Below, one piece after another: positions 25,852 through 35,091 of a DNA stretch of 64,000 bases. The position numbers and the translations under genes are program-made. The stretch's first letter is position 1, and each line of letters begins with the position of its first letter. Source of the stretch: Candidatus Eiseniibacteriota bacterium (GTDB lineage Bacteria; Eisenbacteria; RBG-16-71-46); assembly GCA_041483195.1 (NCBI GenBank), contig JBGPFC010000012.1, positions 16,230-80,229 on the forward strand, written 5' to 3'. The notes beneath the pieces were generated by a model. It had not been told where the DNA came from, did not search any database, and saw nothing but the letters and a program-made list of their open reading frames with translations.

Positions 25852-28071
25852 TCAACCCTCGTCCAGCCGCTCCCGCAGGCCCGCGACGTCGATCTGGATC
25901 GACGGGCTCGCGCGCATCAGCTCTTCGAGCGCCTGCTCGCGCGGCCGCACGGCGCGCCCAGCTGGCCGCCGGTCCTCGAGCGCCGGCCAGAGCGCGGCCT
26001 TCACGTCGGCGGGGAGCGTGGACTCGAGGTACTCGAGCGCGGTGCCGCGCAGCCGCGCGTCGCCGCCCTCGATCGCCCGCGAGGCGAGCCGCAGCGGCTC
26101 GCCGGGGAGCGCCAGCGCGAGCAGCGCGAACACCAGCTCCAGCGTCTGGCGGGCGCGCTCGCGCACCACGGTGTCGAGCGCGGAGCCCGGAAGCGCGGCG
26201 AGCGCGCCGACGCGCGGCGGTCCTGCGTTCCACAGCTCGCGCCCGAGCAGCGCCTCGCGGGCCGCGGCCGCGAACACGCGGCCCTCGTCGAACGCGAGCG
26301 CCGGGTTGCGCTCGTGCATGCGCCGCAGCGCACGGGCGGAGTGGAAGCGCACCTCGAAGCGCACGTCGTCGAGCCCGCGCAGCAGGCCGTCCACCGCTCC
26401 CGCGGAATCGCACACCGCCAGGGCGCGCGGCAGGCGACGGCGCACCGCGAAATCGGTCTCGGGATCGAGCAGTACGCGCACCAGCTCCATGGTGAATCGC
26501 GGCGCGGCCTCGCGCAGCGCGCGCAAGGCGTCGGCCGCCGCGTCGTCGCGCGCGAGCAGCGCGATGGCGTGCGCGAGCACAGCTGGATCGAGCGGACCGT
26601 CCGCGAGCGCGGCGCACACACGCGCGCCGTCGAAGGATTGCAGCGCGGCGATGCGCTCGAGCGCCGGGTCCGAAGCGGGCGGCGCGCCCGGTTGCGCGCC
26701 GGAAGTCGCGCCGGCCTCGGGGGCTCGGTGTTCGCCGGCGGCCCACGCCGCGCGCAGCGCGGTCACGTCGATGCCGCGGCTGCCGAGGGTCAGGATCATG
26801 GTGTCGCGCGTGGTGCGGTCGCGCACGTCTTCGGCGTCGAGCGCGACGGCGCCGCGCAGCAGCCCGCGCTCGAGCGCCGCGACGTAACCGCGGTGGAGCC
26901 GCAGCGCGAGCGCGACGCCCGCGATCGAGAGCGCGACGCTCGCGAGCAGCATCGCGGGGTGCGAACGCTCCGGGCCGAGCAACATGAGCAGCGCGGCCGC
27001 GCCACCCCCGAGCGCGTCGCCGGCGCGATCGAAGCCGACGTCCACCAGGGTCTTGGTCGCGCGGCGATCGTGCGGCGCGAGCGGCGTGAAGAGCAGCTCG
27101 TAGCCGGAGCGGAAGACCGAGCTGCGGACCACCGCCTCGATCGCGCGGCCGATCGCGACGCTCGCGACGCCCGGGACGAGCAGCGCGCCGGCGCCGCCGA
27201 TCGCGACGCCGGCCGGGAGCAGCGCCGTGGTGCGCGCGAGCCCGGCCCGCTCCAGGCACCAGCGCCCGCAGGTGGCCTGCGCCAGGAACGTGAGCAGCGC
27301 GATCCCCGCGTAGAACGCGGAGAGCATGCGCATCAGGTCCCTGCCGCGCGGATAGGCCGCGGTGACGCGCGCCTTGAACACCACGTCGAGCAGCACGACC
27401 GCGACCGTCACCGTCACCGTGAGCCACGCGATGTTCCGGAGCAGCGGCGTCTCGCGGAACACGCGCAGGGCCGAGCGCTGCGGCGCGGCATCGGCCGGCG
27501 CGGCGGGTTGCGCGAGCGGCACCAGGCCGCGCGCGGCGACGGCGCATGCGACGTGGAGCGCCGCGAGCACCGGCAGGATCGAGATCACGTCGAAGCGCGC
27601 GCCGAAGCGCTCGGCGACCAGGCCGCCCGCGACGCCGCCCAGCGTGCCGGCCGCGCCGATCGTGCCCATGCGCCGCCGCGCGGTGCGCGGATCGAACGCT
27701 TCGGTCACCTGCGACCAGAACGCGGAGGCGAGCGCCGTGCCGAACGCCGAGACGTGGAGGAACACCGCCACCGCGATCACGCCCGGCGCGCGCGCGGCGA
27801 GCGCCCACTCGATCAGCGTGAGCGCTGCGCTGGCCGCGAACGCGGCGGGCACGACTCGCGCGGGGCCGCGTGCGCTCAGCGCGCGCGCGAACAGCGCCGC
27901 CAGCAGGATCGAGCAGACCGCGGCCGCGATCAGGGCCGCCGGCAGCCGCGCCACGCCGAAGCGCGAGAGAAAGAGCGCGTCGCGCGTGGCGCGGGATGCG
28001 ACCTGCTGGGCGATCATCGCGGCCGCCGTGATCATCGCGGCGCGGGCTGCGGGATCCGTGGGGCGGGTCAT
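25852..28071 (-). CDS. MFS-type transporter (NTT/TLC ATP:ADP antiporter-like N-terminal half) fused to C-terminal HEAT repeats
   Basis: 739-aa track ORF. It has about 12 hydrophobic segments and an N-terminal region resembling the TLC family (RDALFLSRFGVARLPAAL...). The C-terminus carries HEAT/PBS-lyase-like repeats (AVDGLLRGLDDVRFEVRFHSARALRRM...). Confidence 0.5.
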   Translation of the reverse strand: MTRPTDPAARAAMITAAAMIAQQVASRATRDALFLSRFGVARLPAALIAAAVCSILLAALFARALSARGPARVVPAAFAASAALTLIEWALAARAPGVIAVAVFLHVSAFGTALASAFWSQVTEAFDPRTARRRMGTIGAAGTLGGVAGGLVAERFGARFDVISILPVLAALHVACAVAARGLVPLAQPAAPADAAPQRSALRVFRETPLLRNIAWLTVTVTVAVVLLDVVFKARVTAAYPRGRDLMRMLSAFYAGIALLTFLAQATCGRWCLERAGLARTTALLPAGVAIGGAGALLVPGVASVAIGRAIEAVVRSSVFRSGYELLFTPLAPHDRRATKTLVDVGFDRAGDALGGGAAALLMLLGPERSHPAMLLASVALSIAGVALALRLHRGYVAALERGLLRGAVALDAEDVRDRTTRDTMILTLGSRGIDVTALRAAWAAGEHRAPEAGATSGAQPGAPPASDPALERIAALQSFDGARVCAALADGPLDPAVLAHAIALLARDDAAADALRALREAAPRFTMELVRVLLDPETDFAVRRRLPRALAVCDSAGAVDGLLRGLDDVRFEVRFHSARALRRMHERNPALAFDEGRVFAAAAREALLGRELWNAGPPRVGALAALPGSALDTVVRERARQTLELVFALLALALPGEPLRLASRAIEGGDARLRGTALEYLESTLPADVKAALWPALEDRRPAGRAVRPREQALEELMRASPSIQIDVAGLRERLDEG

Positions 28072-28201
28072 CCGCGCGAGTATGACGTGGCGGGATCGAT
28101 GCGCGCCAGCCCTGTGCTAGGCTCGCCCGCCGTGACCCACGCTCCCATCACGGCGCCGCCGCCGGAGCACCGCCCGCACCGCGAGAACGAGGAACGCGAT
28201 C

Positions 28202-29230
28202 ATGCCAACGTTGCGTGAGGTCGGCGAGTTCGAGGCGATCCGCCTGCTCACGCACGCGCGCGGCCGCGCGCGGGGCGACGAGGCGGCGGGCGTGGTGGCG
28301 GGCCCCGGCGACGACGCGGCCGTGCTGCGCGTGGATCCCGGCGACGACCTGATCGCCACCACCGACGCGTTCGTCGAGGGACGCCACTACCTGCCGGCCT
28401 GGCTCACGCCCGCCGAGGTGGGCGCGCGGCTCGCCGCCGCGAACCTGAGCGACCTCGCCGCGATGGCGGCGCGGCCGCGCTGGGCGCTGCTCTCGATCGG
28501 GGTGCGCGCCGGGCACGACATGGATGCGCTGCTGGCGTTGCAGCGCGGCGCGAGCGCCGCCCTTGCGGCGGAAGGCGCCGCGATCGTGGGCGGCAATCTC
28601 GCGGCGGTGGACGGCGCGGAGTGGTGGAGCCTCACGCTGCTGGGCGCTGCGCCGCGCGGCCGCGCGTGGACGCGGCACGGCGCGCGCCCCGGCGACCTGC
28701 TTGCGGTGACCGGCTCGCCGGGACGCGCCGGCGCGGGGCTGCGGATCGCGACACGCGAGGATCGCATCGCTCGCGCGCCCGAGTGGGCGACGCTGCTCGA
28801 TGCGTGGCTCCGCCCGCGCCCGCGAGTCGCGTTCGCGCTCGCGCTCGCGCCATCGCGCGCGGTGACCGCCGCGATCGACATCTCGGACGGACTGGCCGGC
28901 GATCTCTCGCGGCTGTGCGAGGCGAGCGGGGTGGGCTGCGCGATCGAGGCCGCAACCTGGCCGCCCGATCCGCTGCTGGAGCGGGCCGCGAAAGCGCTCG
29001 GCGTCACGGCGGGCGCTTTACGCGTCGCGCCGAGCGACGACTACGAGCTGGCGCTCGCCGTGGATCCCGCGGGGCGCGCGGCGTGCGAGGAGGCGGCGCG
29101 CGCGAGGGGCGTGCCGCTCGCGTTCGTGGGGCGCTTCACCGATTCGCCGGGCGCATGCGTCGTGCTGGGCCCGGGAGGCGAGGCGCCGCTCGGCGACGCG
29201 GGATTCGACCACTTCGCCGCCGACCGCTGA
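28202..29230 (+). CDS. thiL: Thiamine-monophosphate kinase
   Basis: EFEAIRLL...GDDAAVL...[12 protein letters not shown]...[15 protein letters not shown] are characteristic ThiL / AIR-synthase-related motifs. Confidence 0.8.
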   Translation: MPTLREVGEFEAIRLLTHARGRARGDEAAGVVAGPGDDAAVLRVDPGDDLIATTDAFVEGRHYLPAWLTPAEVGARLAAANLSDLAAMAARPRWALLSIGVRAGHDMDALLALQRGASAALAAEGAAIVGGNLAAVDGAEWWSLTLLGAAPRGRAWTRHGARPGDLLAVTGSPGRAGAGLRIATREDRIARAPEWATLLDAWLRPRPRVAFALALAPSRAVTAAIDISDGLAGDLSRLCEASGVGCAIEAATWPPDPLLERAAKALGVTAGALRVAPSDDYELALAVDPAGRAACEEAARARGVPLAFVGRFTDSPGACVVLGPGGEAPLGDAGFDHFAADR

Positions 29231-29232
29231 AG

Positions 29233-30189
29233 TCAGCGGTACAGCACCTTGATGCGTCCCCAGGTGCTGGTCCGGGTCGGCGTCGAGCACAGCGGGCCGC
29301 TCGAGAAGTTCGGGTGCGCGACGTCCCAGAAAGTATTCCCGTACTGCGTCGCCGTGCCGCAGAACACCAGGTCGTAGCCGGTCGGCACCGCGTTGAGAAA
29401 CCCGCTCGTCGGCCACACGAGCGCCGTCATCGCGGTCGCGAGATTGCCCTGGGCTCCCGAGCCCCACTGCACGAAGTCGATGATCTGGCTCACCTCGGTG
29501 AGGCCGCTGCCGGCCCCCGTGACCGGGGTCGCCGAATTCGGCACGTAGAGCGCGATCGATCCGGCCGTCGGGAGGTCGCCGAGGCCGCCCATGAAGAGAT
29601 TGGTCGCGGTGTTGGTGCCGGCCTCGTTGGTGTGAATGGTGACGCGTCCGCCGGTGAACACCGTGACGCTGTTGAGCGGGACGAACTGCACGGGGGCGCC
29701 GTTCACGCTGATGCGGTAGCGGCCGAGGTCGCCGGTGTCGCCGCCCATGTTGGTGATCTCGATGCGATCGAGGCCGCCCGCCTGGTTGTATTCGAGTTCG
29801 GTGATCCGAAAGTTCGAGACCGGGATGCCCGAGGCGCTGATCGTGAGCGATCCCGTCATGCCGGAGAACTCGTGCTGCACGCAGTAGTAGGGCACGCTGC
29901 CGGTCTGTGTGCTCTTCCAGCTGAACGCGTTCCCGCTCGTGAGCTGGAGGTTGGTCAGGAACAGCGAGCCCGCGCCGGGGTCGCTGGAGCCCGCGCCGCT
30001 CTCCACCGTGTGCCCGCCCCCGGTCCACACCCACACCACCTGATCGCCCTGGTTGAGCGCGATCGAGTTCGGAAGGAACGTAAAGGACCCGGTGGCGTTG
30101 ATCCGCACCTGCCCGGCATGAGCGCCGCTCGCGAAGCTCGAGAGCAGGACGAGCGCCGCCATGAACACGAATAGTCGCGAACGTCGCAT
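29233..30189 (-). CDS. Secreted cupredoxin (type-1 copper, plastocyanin/azurin-like) fused to a lamin-tail domain (LTD)
   Basis: Signal peptide. Copper ligands are GGGHTVESG and YYCVQHEFSGM (C-x2-H-x4-M). LTD: RITELEYNQAGGLDRIEITNMGGDTGDLGRYRISVNG. Confidence 0.55.
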   Translation of the reverse strand: MRRSRLFVFMAALVLLSSFASGAHAGQVRINATGSFTFLPNSIALNQGDQVVWVWTGGGHTVESGAGSSDPGAGSLFLTNLQLTSGNAFSWKSTQTGSVPYYCVQHEFSGMTGSLTISASGIPVSNFRITELEYNQAGGLDRIEITNMGGDTGDLGRYRISVNGAPVQFVPLNSVTVFTGGRVTIHTNEAGTNTATNLFMGGLGDLPTAGSIALYVPNSATPVTGAGSGLTEVSQIIDFVQWGSGAQGNLATAMTALVWPTSGFLNAVPTGYDLVFCGTATQYGNTFWDVAHPNFSSGPLCSTPTRTSTWGRIKVLYR

Positions 30190-30210
30190 GTGTATCTCCG
30201 GGGTGCGGGG

Positions 30211-31128
30211 CTAACGCCCGCGGCGCGTCGCGCCCCGCGCGCTGGCGCGGGAGGCGCTGGTGCTGCGTGCTGCGGCCGTCGCCTTGATGGAGGGTGTGCT
30301 GCGGCGCGCGGCCTGCGCGTTGACGGAGATGGTCGCGCCGCGCGTGGACGGCGCGGGCTTCGAGACGGTCGCGCGCTTCGCGACCGGTACGGGCTTCGCG
30401 GCCGGCGCGCGCTTCGCGGGCGGCGTGGGCTTCGCGACCGCCGTCTTGCCAACGTAGGCGGGCTTCGCCACCACCGCCACGCGCGGCGCGGGGCCCATCA
30501 TCGCGGGACGGAGATCGAGCTGGTCTTCCATGAGACCGAAGCGCGCCTCGTGCTGGAGCAGCCAGCGCTTGCGCGGCACGCCGCCGCCGTAGCCCACCAG
30601 GCCGCCGTCGGCGCCGATCACGCGGTGACATGGCACGATGATCGCGATCGGGTTGTCATGATTCGCGAGGCCCACCGCGCGCGCGGCCTTCGGCTGGCCG
30701 ATCGCCTTCGCGATCTGGCCGTAGGTGCGGGTGCGCGCGTAGGGAATCTGTCGCAGCTGGTTCCACACCGCCTGCTGGAACTCGGTGCCCACCGGATCGA
30801 GCGCCAGGTCGAACTCGGTGAGCGTGCCGCAGAAATATGACTCGAACTGATCCACCACCGCTTTGAGCTCGAGCAGCGAGGCTTCCCACTTCGCATCCGG
30901 GCAATCCGCCTCGTGACGCTGGATCATGCGCCGGATGCTCTTGCGATCCATGAACTCGGTATAACGCAGCCCGCGCTCGGTGCGTGCGAGAAACAGGAGC
31001 CCGAGCGGCGGGGGCGCGGACATCACATGGTAGGCGAGTCGCACGGGGTCAGGATACCGGAGCGCTTCGCGAGTGCCAAGCGCGCGCGTCGAATCCGGTG
31101 CGCTGCGCGTGGACTCCCGGGCGGTCAT
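30211..31128 (-). CDS. ogt: Methylated-DNA--protein-cysteine methyltransferase (Ogt/MGMT) with a C-terminal Ala/Pro/Lys-rich basic tail
   Basis: Active-site PCHRVIG and the helix-turn-helix ...TYGQIAKAIG. There is a ~100-aa AKP-rich histone-H1-like tail. The start may be internal (MSAPPP, ATG ~31023). Confidence 0.7.
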   Translation of the reverse strand: MTARESTRSAPDSTRALGTREALRYPDPVRLAYHVMSAPPPLGLLFLARTERGLRYTEFMDRKSIRRMIQRHEADCPDAKWEASLLELKAVVDQFESYFCGTLTEFDLALDPVGTEFQQAVWNQLRQIPYARTRTYGQIAKAIGQPKAARAVGLANHDNPIAIIVPCHRVIGADGGLVGYGGGVPRKRWLLQHEARFGLMEDQLDLRPAMMGPAPRVAVVAKPAYVGKTAVAKPTPPAKRAPAAKPVPVAKRATVSKPAPSTRGATISVNAQAARRSTPSIKATAAARSTSASRASARGATRRGR

Positions 31129-31172
31129 GTTTACGGACGCTCAACCCGGAGACGCGCATCGGGTAGGGCAAT

Positions 31173-31880
31173 CTACGCGTCCCGCGCAGGGCCGATGCGT
31201 GGGATTACGCGCCCGGTCCGCGCGCGATAGCGAAGGTAGGCCTCGCCGAAGTGCGCCTCGAGCAGCGCCTCCTCGCGCCTCGCGCGCAGCTCGAGGGCGA
31301 TCGTCATGAGCGCGACGCCCGCGAGCCCCACCGCGCTGCCGAACGCGAGGGCCGCGCCCAAGTTCGCGAGCCAGGCTCCCGCGTAGCCGGGATGTCGCAC
31401 CACGCCGTACACGCCGCGGGTCTCGAGCGCGTGATCGCGCTGGATGGCGGGGAACGGGGCGAAGCGGCGCCCGAGCCGCACCATCGCCGCGGTGCGCAGC
31501 GCGAGACCGCAGGCGGCGAGCGCGACGCCGCCCCATCGCAGCGCGTCGCCCCCTGGGAGCGGCCAGAGCGCGAAGCGCTCGCCCCATGCCGCGAGCGGCG
31601 GGGTGAGCATCGGGATCGCGAACAGCGCGATCAGCAGGAGTGCGGGGTCGCGATCCTCGCGCGCGGTGTCGAGCGCGCGCACCGGACGCAGGAAGCCGAG
31701 CAGCGTCGCGCCCGCGCCCCAGATCGCGAGCAGCGCCAGCGCGCGCGGGTGCGCGCGCAGCGGCGCGATGCCGCCGAGCGCGAGTGCGAGCAGCACGGCA
31801 TCAAGCGCCGTGACCGCGAGGGCCATGGTCAGCGTGATGAGGGGATGTCGCGCCGCCGGGGGTTGCGGCGAATCGTTCAC
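31173..31880 (-). CDS. Isoprenylcysteine carboxyl methyltransferase (ICMT/PEMT)-family membrane methyltransferase
   Basis: Multiple TMs and the C-terminal GVYGVVRHPGYAGAWL motif characteristic of the ICMT/PEMT family. Confidence 0.6.
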   Translation of the reverse strand: MNDSPQPPAARHPLITLTMALAVTALDAVLLALALGGIAPLRAHPRALALLAIWGAGATLLGFLRPVRALDTAREDRDPALLLIALFAIPMLTPPLAAWGERFALWPLPGGDALRWGGVALAACGLALRTAAMVRLGRRFAPFPAIQRDHALETRGVYGVVRHPGYAGAWLANLGAALAFGSAVGLAGVALMTIALELRARREEALLEAHFGEAYLRYRARTGRVIPRIGPARDA

Positions 31881-31966
31881 GCGGCCACTCTACCAACTTG
31901 GCGGGCGCGCGTCACCGCGATAGGGTTCGCGCCTCGAGCCCCCCGCCGCCCCGTGAGGAGGATGTG

Positions 31967-32500
31967 ATGGAGGAGTTCCTTTCGCAGTTTCATCCGCAGC
32001 TGGTGCACACCCCGATCGCGCTGATCATCGTGGGCGCCCTGTTCGAGCTGGCGGGCCGCGCGATGGACACCGAGTGGATGCGCAAGGCGGCGTTCGCGAT
32101 GCTGATCGTCGGCGTGCTGGGCGCGTACGGAGCGGTGCTCTCCGGCGAAGGCGCGAGCGAGAAGGCCGAGCACGCGGGGATTCCCGAGGCGACCGTGGAC
32201 CGCCACGGGGACCTGGCGAAGATCGCGCTCTGGCTCGGGGTCGCGGCGGTGCTGACGCGCGCGATCGCGGGGCGCACCGGCCGCGTGAAGGCCGCGGTGG
32301 GCGGGCTCGCGCTGGTGCTGCACCTCGCGGCCGCGACCACCGTGGGCTTCGCGGCGCACCGCGGCGGCAAGCTGGTGTACGAATACGGCGCCAACGTGCG
32401 CGTGAACGGCGTGCCGGTGTTGAAGCCGAAGCCCGGCGCGACGAACGAACACGGCGCGGGCGGCGAGAAGAGCGGGGAGAAGCGCGGAGACGGCGACTGA
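31967..32500 (+). CDS. DUF2231-family membrane protein
   Basis: GAGGAGGA RBS, ATG at 31967 within track ORF 31898..32500, four TM segments and a Gly/Lys-rich tail. Confidence 0.45.
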   Translation: MEEFLSQFHPQLVHTPIALIIVGALFELAGRAMDTEWMRKAAFAMLIVGVLGAYGAVLSGEGASEKAEHAGIPEATVDRHGDLAKIALWLGVAAVLTRAIAGRTGRVKAAVGGLALVLHLAAATTVGFAAHRGGKLVYEYGANVRVNGVPVLKPKPGATNEHGAGGEKSGEKRGDGD

Positions 32501-32545
32501 GATCGCGGGGGCGCTAGTCGCCGCGAGGGCGCCGCCCGCACACGA

Positions 32546-33490
32546 TTATTTCTTGGCCTTGTATGGCCCCAAGAACTTGGGACCATTGAAGTGGATCAAG
32601 TGGTCGGGCCGGTCGGCGATCCACACCTCGGTTTCCCATGCGATGTCGCCCGCGTGCCTTCTGAATCCAGGCGTGTCGAGAAAGGCCGTGACGTAAACGC
32701 GCTCGGCTGGACAAGTGCACATCAGCTTTTCAAGTTCCGCGCGCCGCTTGGGAGAGATAGGGCCGTGCGATGTGACCGCTTCGATTAGGAAGATCCAGTT
32801 TTTCTCCGGCCAGTAGAGGATGATGTCAGGCAACTTGTCGTGCTGGGTGATAGGCACGCTGAGGCCCCTGAGCCGGGCGTCGGCGAGCACCACGTCCTTG
32901 CGCGCAGTGTCCCCGACATACAGCACCTCGCTGCCAGGGGCAAAGCGAGGGCCGAATTGCTCGATCACGGCGACCTGAAGAGCGTTGTGGCTGCCGGGGG
33001 ATAGGAACACCGTGCAGCCGTCTGGCAGTTTGAGGCGCACGAGATGAGACTTGCGAGCCTGCTCGTAAGAGGCTGCTAGTGATCCGTGCTTGGCGACAAA
33101 GCCATTGGCGGCAGCAGCGAATCTCCGCTTCCCGTAGGCTTTGAGAACGCGCAGAGCATCGGGTGTGAGGCGGTAGGCATTCTTACCACTGTTGGTAGGT
33201 CGCGCCGGGTCGTCAGGGTTCCTGTCGACGATTCTCGCCTGCTCGAATTGGTGCAGGGTTTGCCGGCGAAACGTCTCGCGTGAATTTGCCGCATAGTTCT
33301 TGCCGTGGTGCTTCCGGATGAAGGCCATGATGTCCACAGTGCGCAAGAGCGGAGACTCGGCGTCCTCCCAGGATGTCTTCGGGCGCAAATTCGCGAGGGC
33401 GAGCAACGTGAGAGCCGAGCGCGCATTCTGCTGGGCCCGCGGAACTCCTAACGAAGCGAGGATCTTGGCGGCCTCGGATGCCCTGCTCAA
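32546..33490 (-). CDS. Type II restriction endonuclease, BsuBI/PstI family
   Basis: A 314-aa protein whose size and domain organisation (N-terminal wHTH-like region, C-terminal catalytic core) resemble BsuBI/PstI-family REases. It overlaps by 4 bp the stop of a gamma-class N6-adenine MTase of the Eco57I/M.PstI type. Its composition is noticeably less GC-rich than the flanking genes. Confidence 0.55.
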   Translation of the reverse strand: MSRASEAAKILASLGVPRAQQNARSALTLLALANLRPKTSWEDAESPLLRTVDIMAFIRKHHGKNYAANSRETFRRQTLHQFEQARIVDRNPDDPARPTNSGKNAYRLTPDALRVLKAYGKRRFAAAANGFVAKHGSLAASYEQARKSHLVRLKLPDGCTVFLSPGSHNALQVAVIEQFGPRFAPGSEVLYVGDTARKDVVLADARLRGLSVPITQHDKLPDIILYWPEKNWIFLIEAVTSHGPISPKRRAELEKLMCTCPAERVYVTAFLDTPGFRRHAGDIAWETEVWIADRPDHLIHFNGPKFLGPYKAKK

Positions 33491-35058
33491 TTTTCGCGCT
33501 CCCTCAGGTAGCGCCTCAGAGGCTCGGCGACGTCTAGTTCGCGAAACACGGCTGCCTCAGCGCGCGCGTGCGTGATGGGCGCGAGTTCTTGAATCTTCGC
33601 GCCAATGCGCGCCACGGTCCGAAGGTCGGGAAGCGGCATGGACCGAATCTCGGTCGCATTCACCTGCGTGTTTCCGCTGATCGCGCGAAAATAGCGATCG
33701 AGCAACGCAGAGTTGAAGAGCGCAGTGAGCCCGAGGCACTCTTCCTCGGAGAGCTCGCGCTCCGCGTGGTAGACGTAGTTCAAGTGATTCTCCAGCGCAA
33801 TCTCCGTCCGGAGCGCTTCCTTACGGAGGAAGCTGCTCGCGACAAGACGCCGGCGCTCCTCCTTCGCGGTGAATCGTCGAAGCAGGACGTAATTTCGCGC
33901 CGGGAGGACCAGCGCCTCGGACTTCGGCCGGACCGCGAACGCCGTTGGCTTGCGCCCCTTGTCGAGCGGCCAGATGGTTTCAAAGGCCCGCACGTTGTGG
34001 ACCGAGAGCAGGGGGATGGTGTCGTCTCCCTCCATGGCTGCGCGTAGGAATTCGGTGGCGCGAAATGAAACCACGGGACCCGTCGAAACGCGAAGTCCCA
34101 GCTCCGCGAACCGCTGCGGCCAACCCTCCACCAGCTTCATCACGCGCGAGTCATTGGGCTCTTCGGGGATACGGAGGACCATGTCGCCGGCGGTGTGGTC
34201 CAGGACGTGGGCCGAATGCAGCCTGCGGCGCGCGAGCCGCCGTGGGATATCCTGGCCGAAGCTCGTGGTGAGCGAGACGCGCGGCGCCTGAGCTTGCTTG
34301 GTGGTCTTCGTGACGACGCTCTCTTGGAGAACGTTCGCGTCGCGGAAGGTGTCCCTGCGTGACTCGAAGAGGTGGATGTGCTCGAGCGACATGCGCTCGA
34401 AAAACCATCTCCGGAAACCCCTAAAGTAGAGGCCGTTGCAGAAGCTCCGCGGCGTGATGGCGACAAGCTGTCCGCCGGTGCGGAGCAGGCTGGCCGCGAG
34501 CGCGAGGAAGAGTGCGTAGATGTTTGGCTGGCCGCGCACGACATTCCCCATCGCGCGCGTGTAGAGCGAGTCTCTTCCGATCTTGAAATATGGCGGGTTC
34601 ATGATGACGGCGTCGAGTCCGTCCTGCCGATGCGCGTCCACGAAGAGCGAGGGCTGCGGCGCTGCCGCGAGGATGAAGTCCTCCTCGTGGAGCGAGTAAG
34701 TGAGCTCGTGTCCGGCGCGCTCAAGGGCCCGGCGGCATCGCTCGAGGCACGCTGCGAGCGACGGGAGCACGGACGGGTCGGTCTCGTAGAGCTCCAGATG
34801 GACTAGTCGCTTTGCCTTGAGTCCCAAGATGCGCTCGCACACCGCGGCCGAGAGAATTCCCGAGCCGGCGCCCGGGTCAAGCACGCGGATGCTTCGCGGA
34901 GGAATCTCGATGAGACCCGCCATGAAGCGCGCGACTGGTGGGGGGGTGAAGAACTGCCCGTGGGCCTTGCTGTGAGAGCGTGGCGAGCGCGCTTGGTGCT
35001 GCTCTTGGAGTTCAAGGGCGGAGCTCAGGAGGCTCGGCGTAGTGATGGATTCGGTCAT
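33487..35058 (-). CDS. Type II N6-adenine DNA methyltransferase (Eco57I/M.PstI/M.BsuBI-like, gamma class)
   Basis: The motif order matches gamma-class N6-adenine MTases: AdoMet motif VLDPGAGSGIL, then the catalytic VIMNPPY, then a C-terminal target-recognition domain. Confidence 0.7.
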   Translation of the reverse strand: MTESITTPSLLSSALELQEQHQARSPRSHSKAHGQFFTPPPVARFMAGLIEIPPRSIRVLDPGAGSGILSAAVCERILGLKAKRLVHLELYETDPSVLPSLAACLERCRRALERAGHELTYSLHEEDFILAAAPQPSLFVDAHRQDGLDAVIMNPPYFKIGRDSLYTRAMGNVVRGQPNIYALFLALAASLLRTGGQLVAITPRSFCNGLYFRGFRRWFFERMSLEHIHLFESRRDTFRDANVLQESVVTKTTKQAQAPRVSLTTSFGQDIPRRLARRRLHSAHVLDHTAGDMVLRIPEEPNDSRVMKLVEGWPQRFAELGLRVSTGPVVSFRATEFLRAAMEGDDTIPLLSVHNVRAFETIWPLDKGRKPTAFAVRPKSEALVLPARNYVLLRRFTAKEERRRLVASSFLRKEALRTEIALENHLNYVYHAERELSEEECLGLTALFNSALLDRYFRAISGNTQVNATEIRSMPLPDLRTVARIGAKIQELAPITHARAEAAVFRELDVAEPLRRYLREREN

Positions 35059-35091
35059 GCGGGTCCGGTCTCCCGGGGGCTGCCTATTGCG

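Noticed and set aside
25682-28218. Long ORFs 25682..27808 (minus, 708 aa), 26314..28218 (plus, 634 aa) and 26018..26887
   Set aside because: They are antisense to or frame-shifted from the MFS-HEAT gene, with R/A-rich low complexity.
33568-34047. 159-aa plus-strand ORF inside the methyltransferase gene
   Set aside because: It is antisense to a motif-bearing MTase, with no signals.
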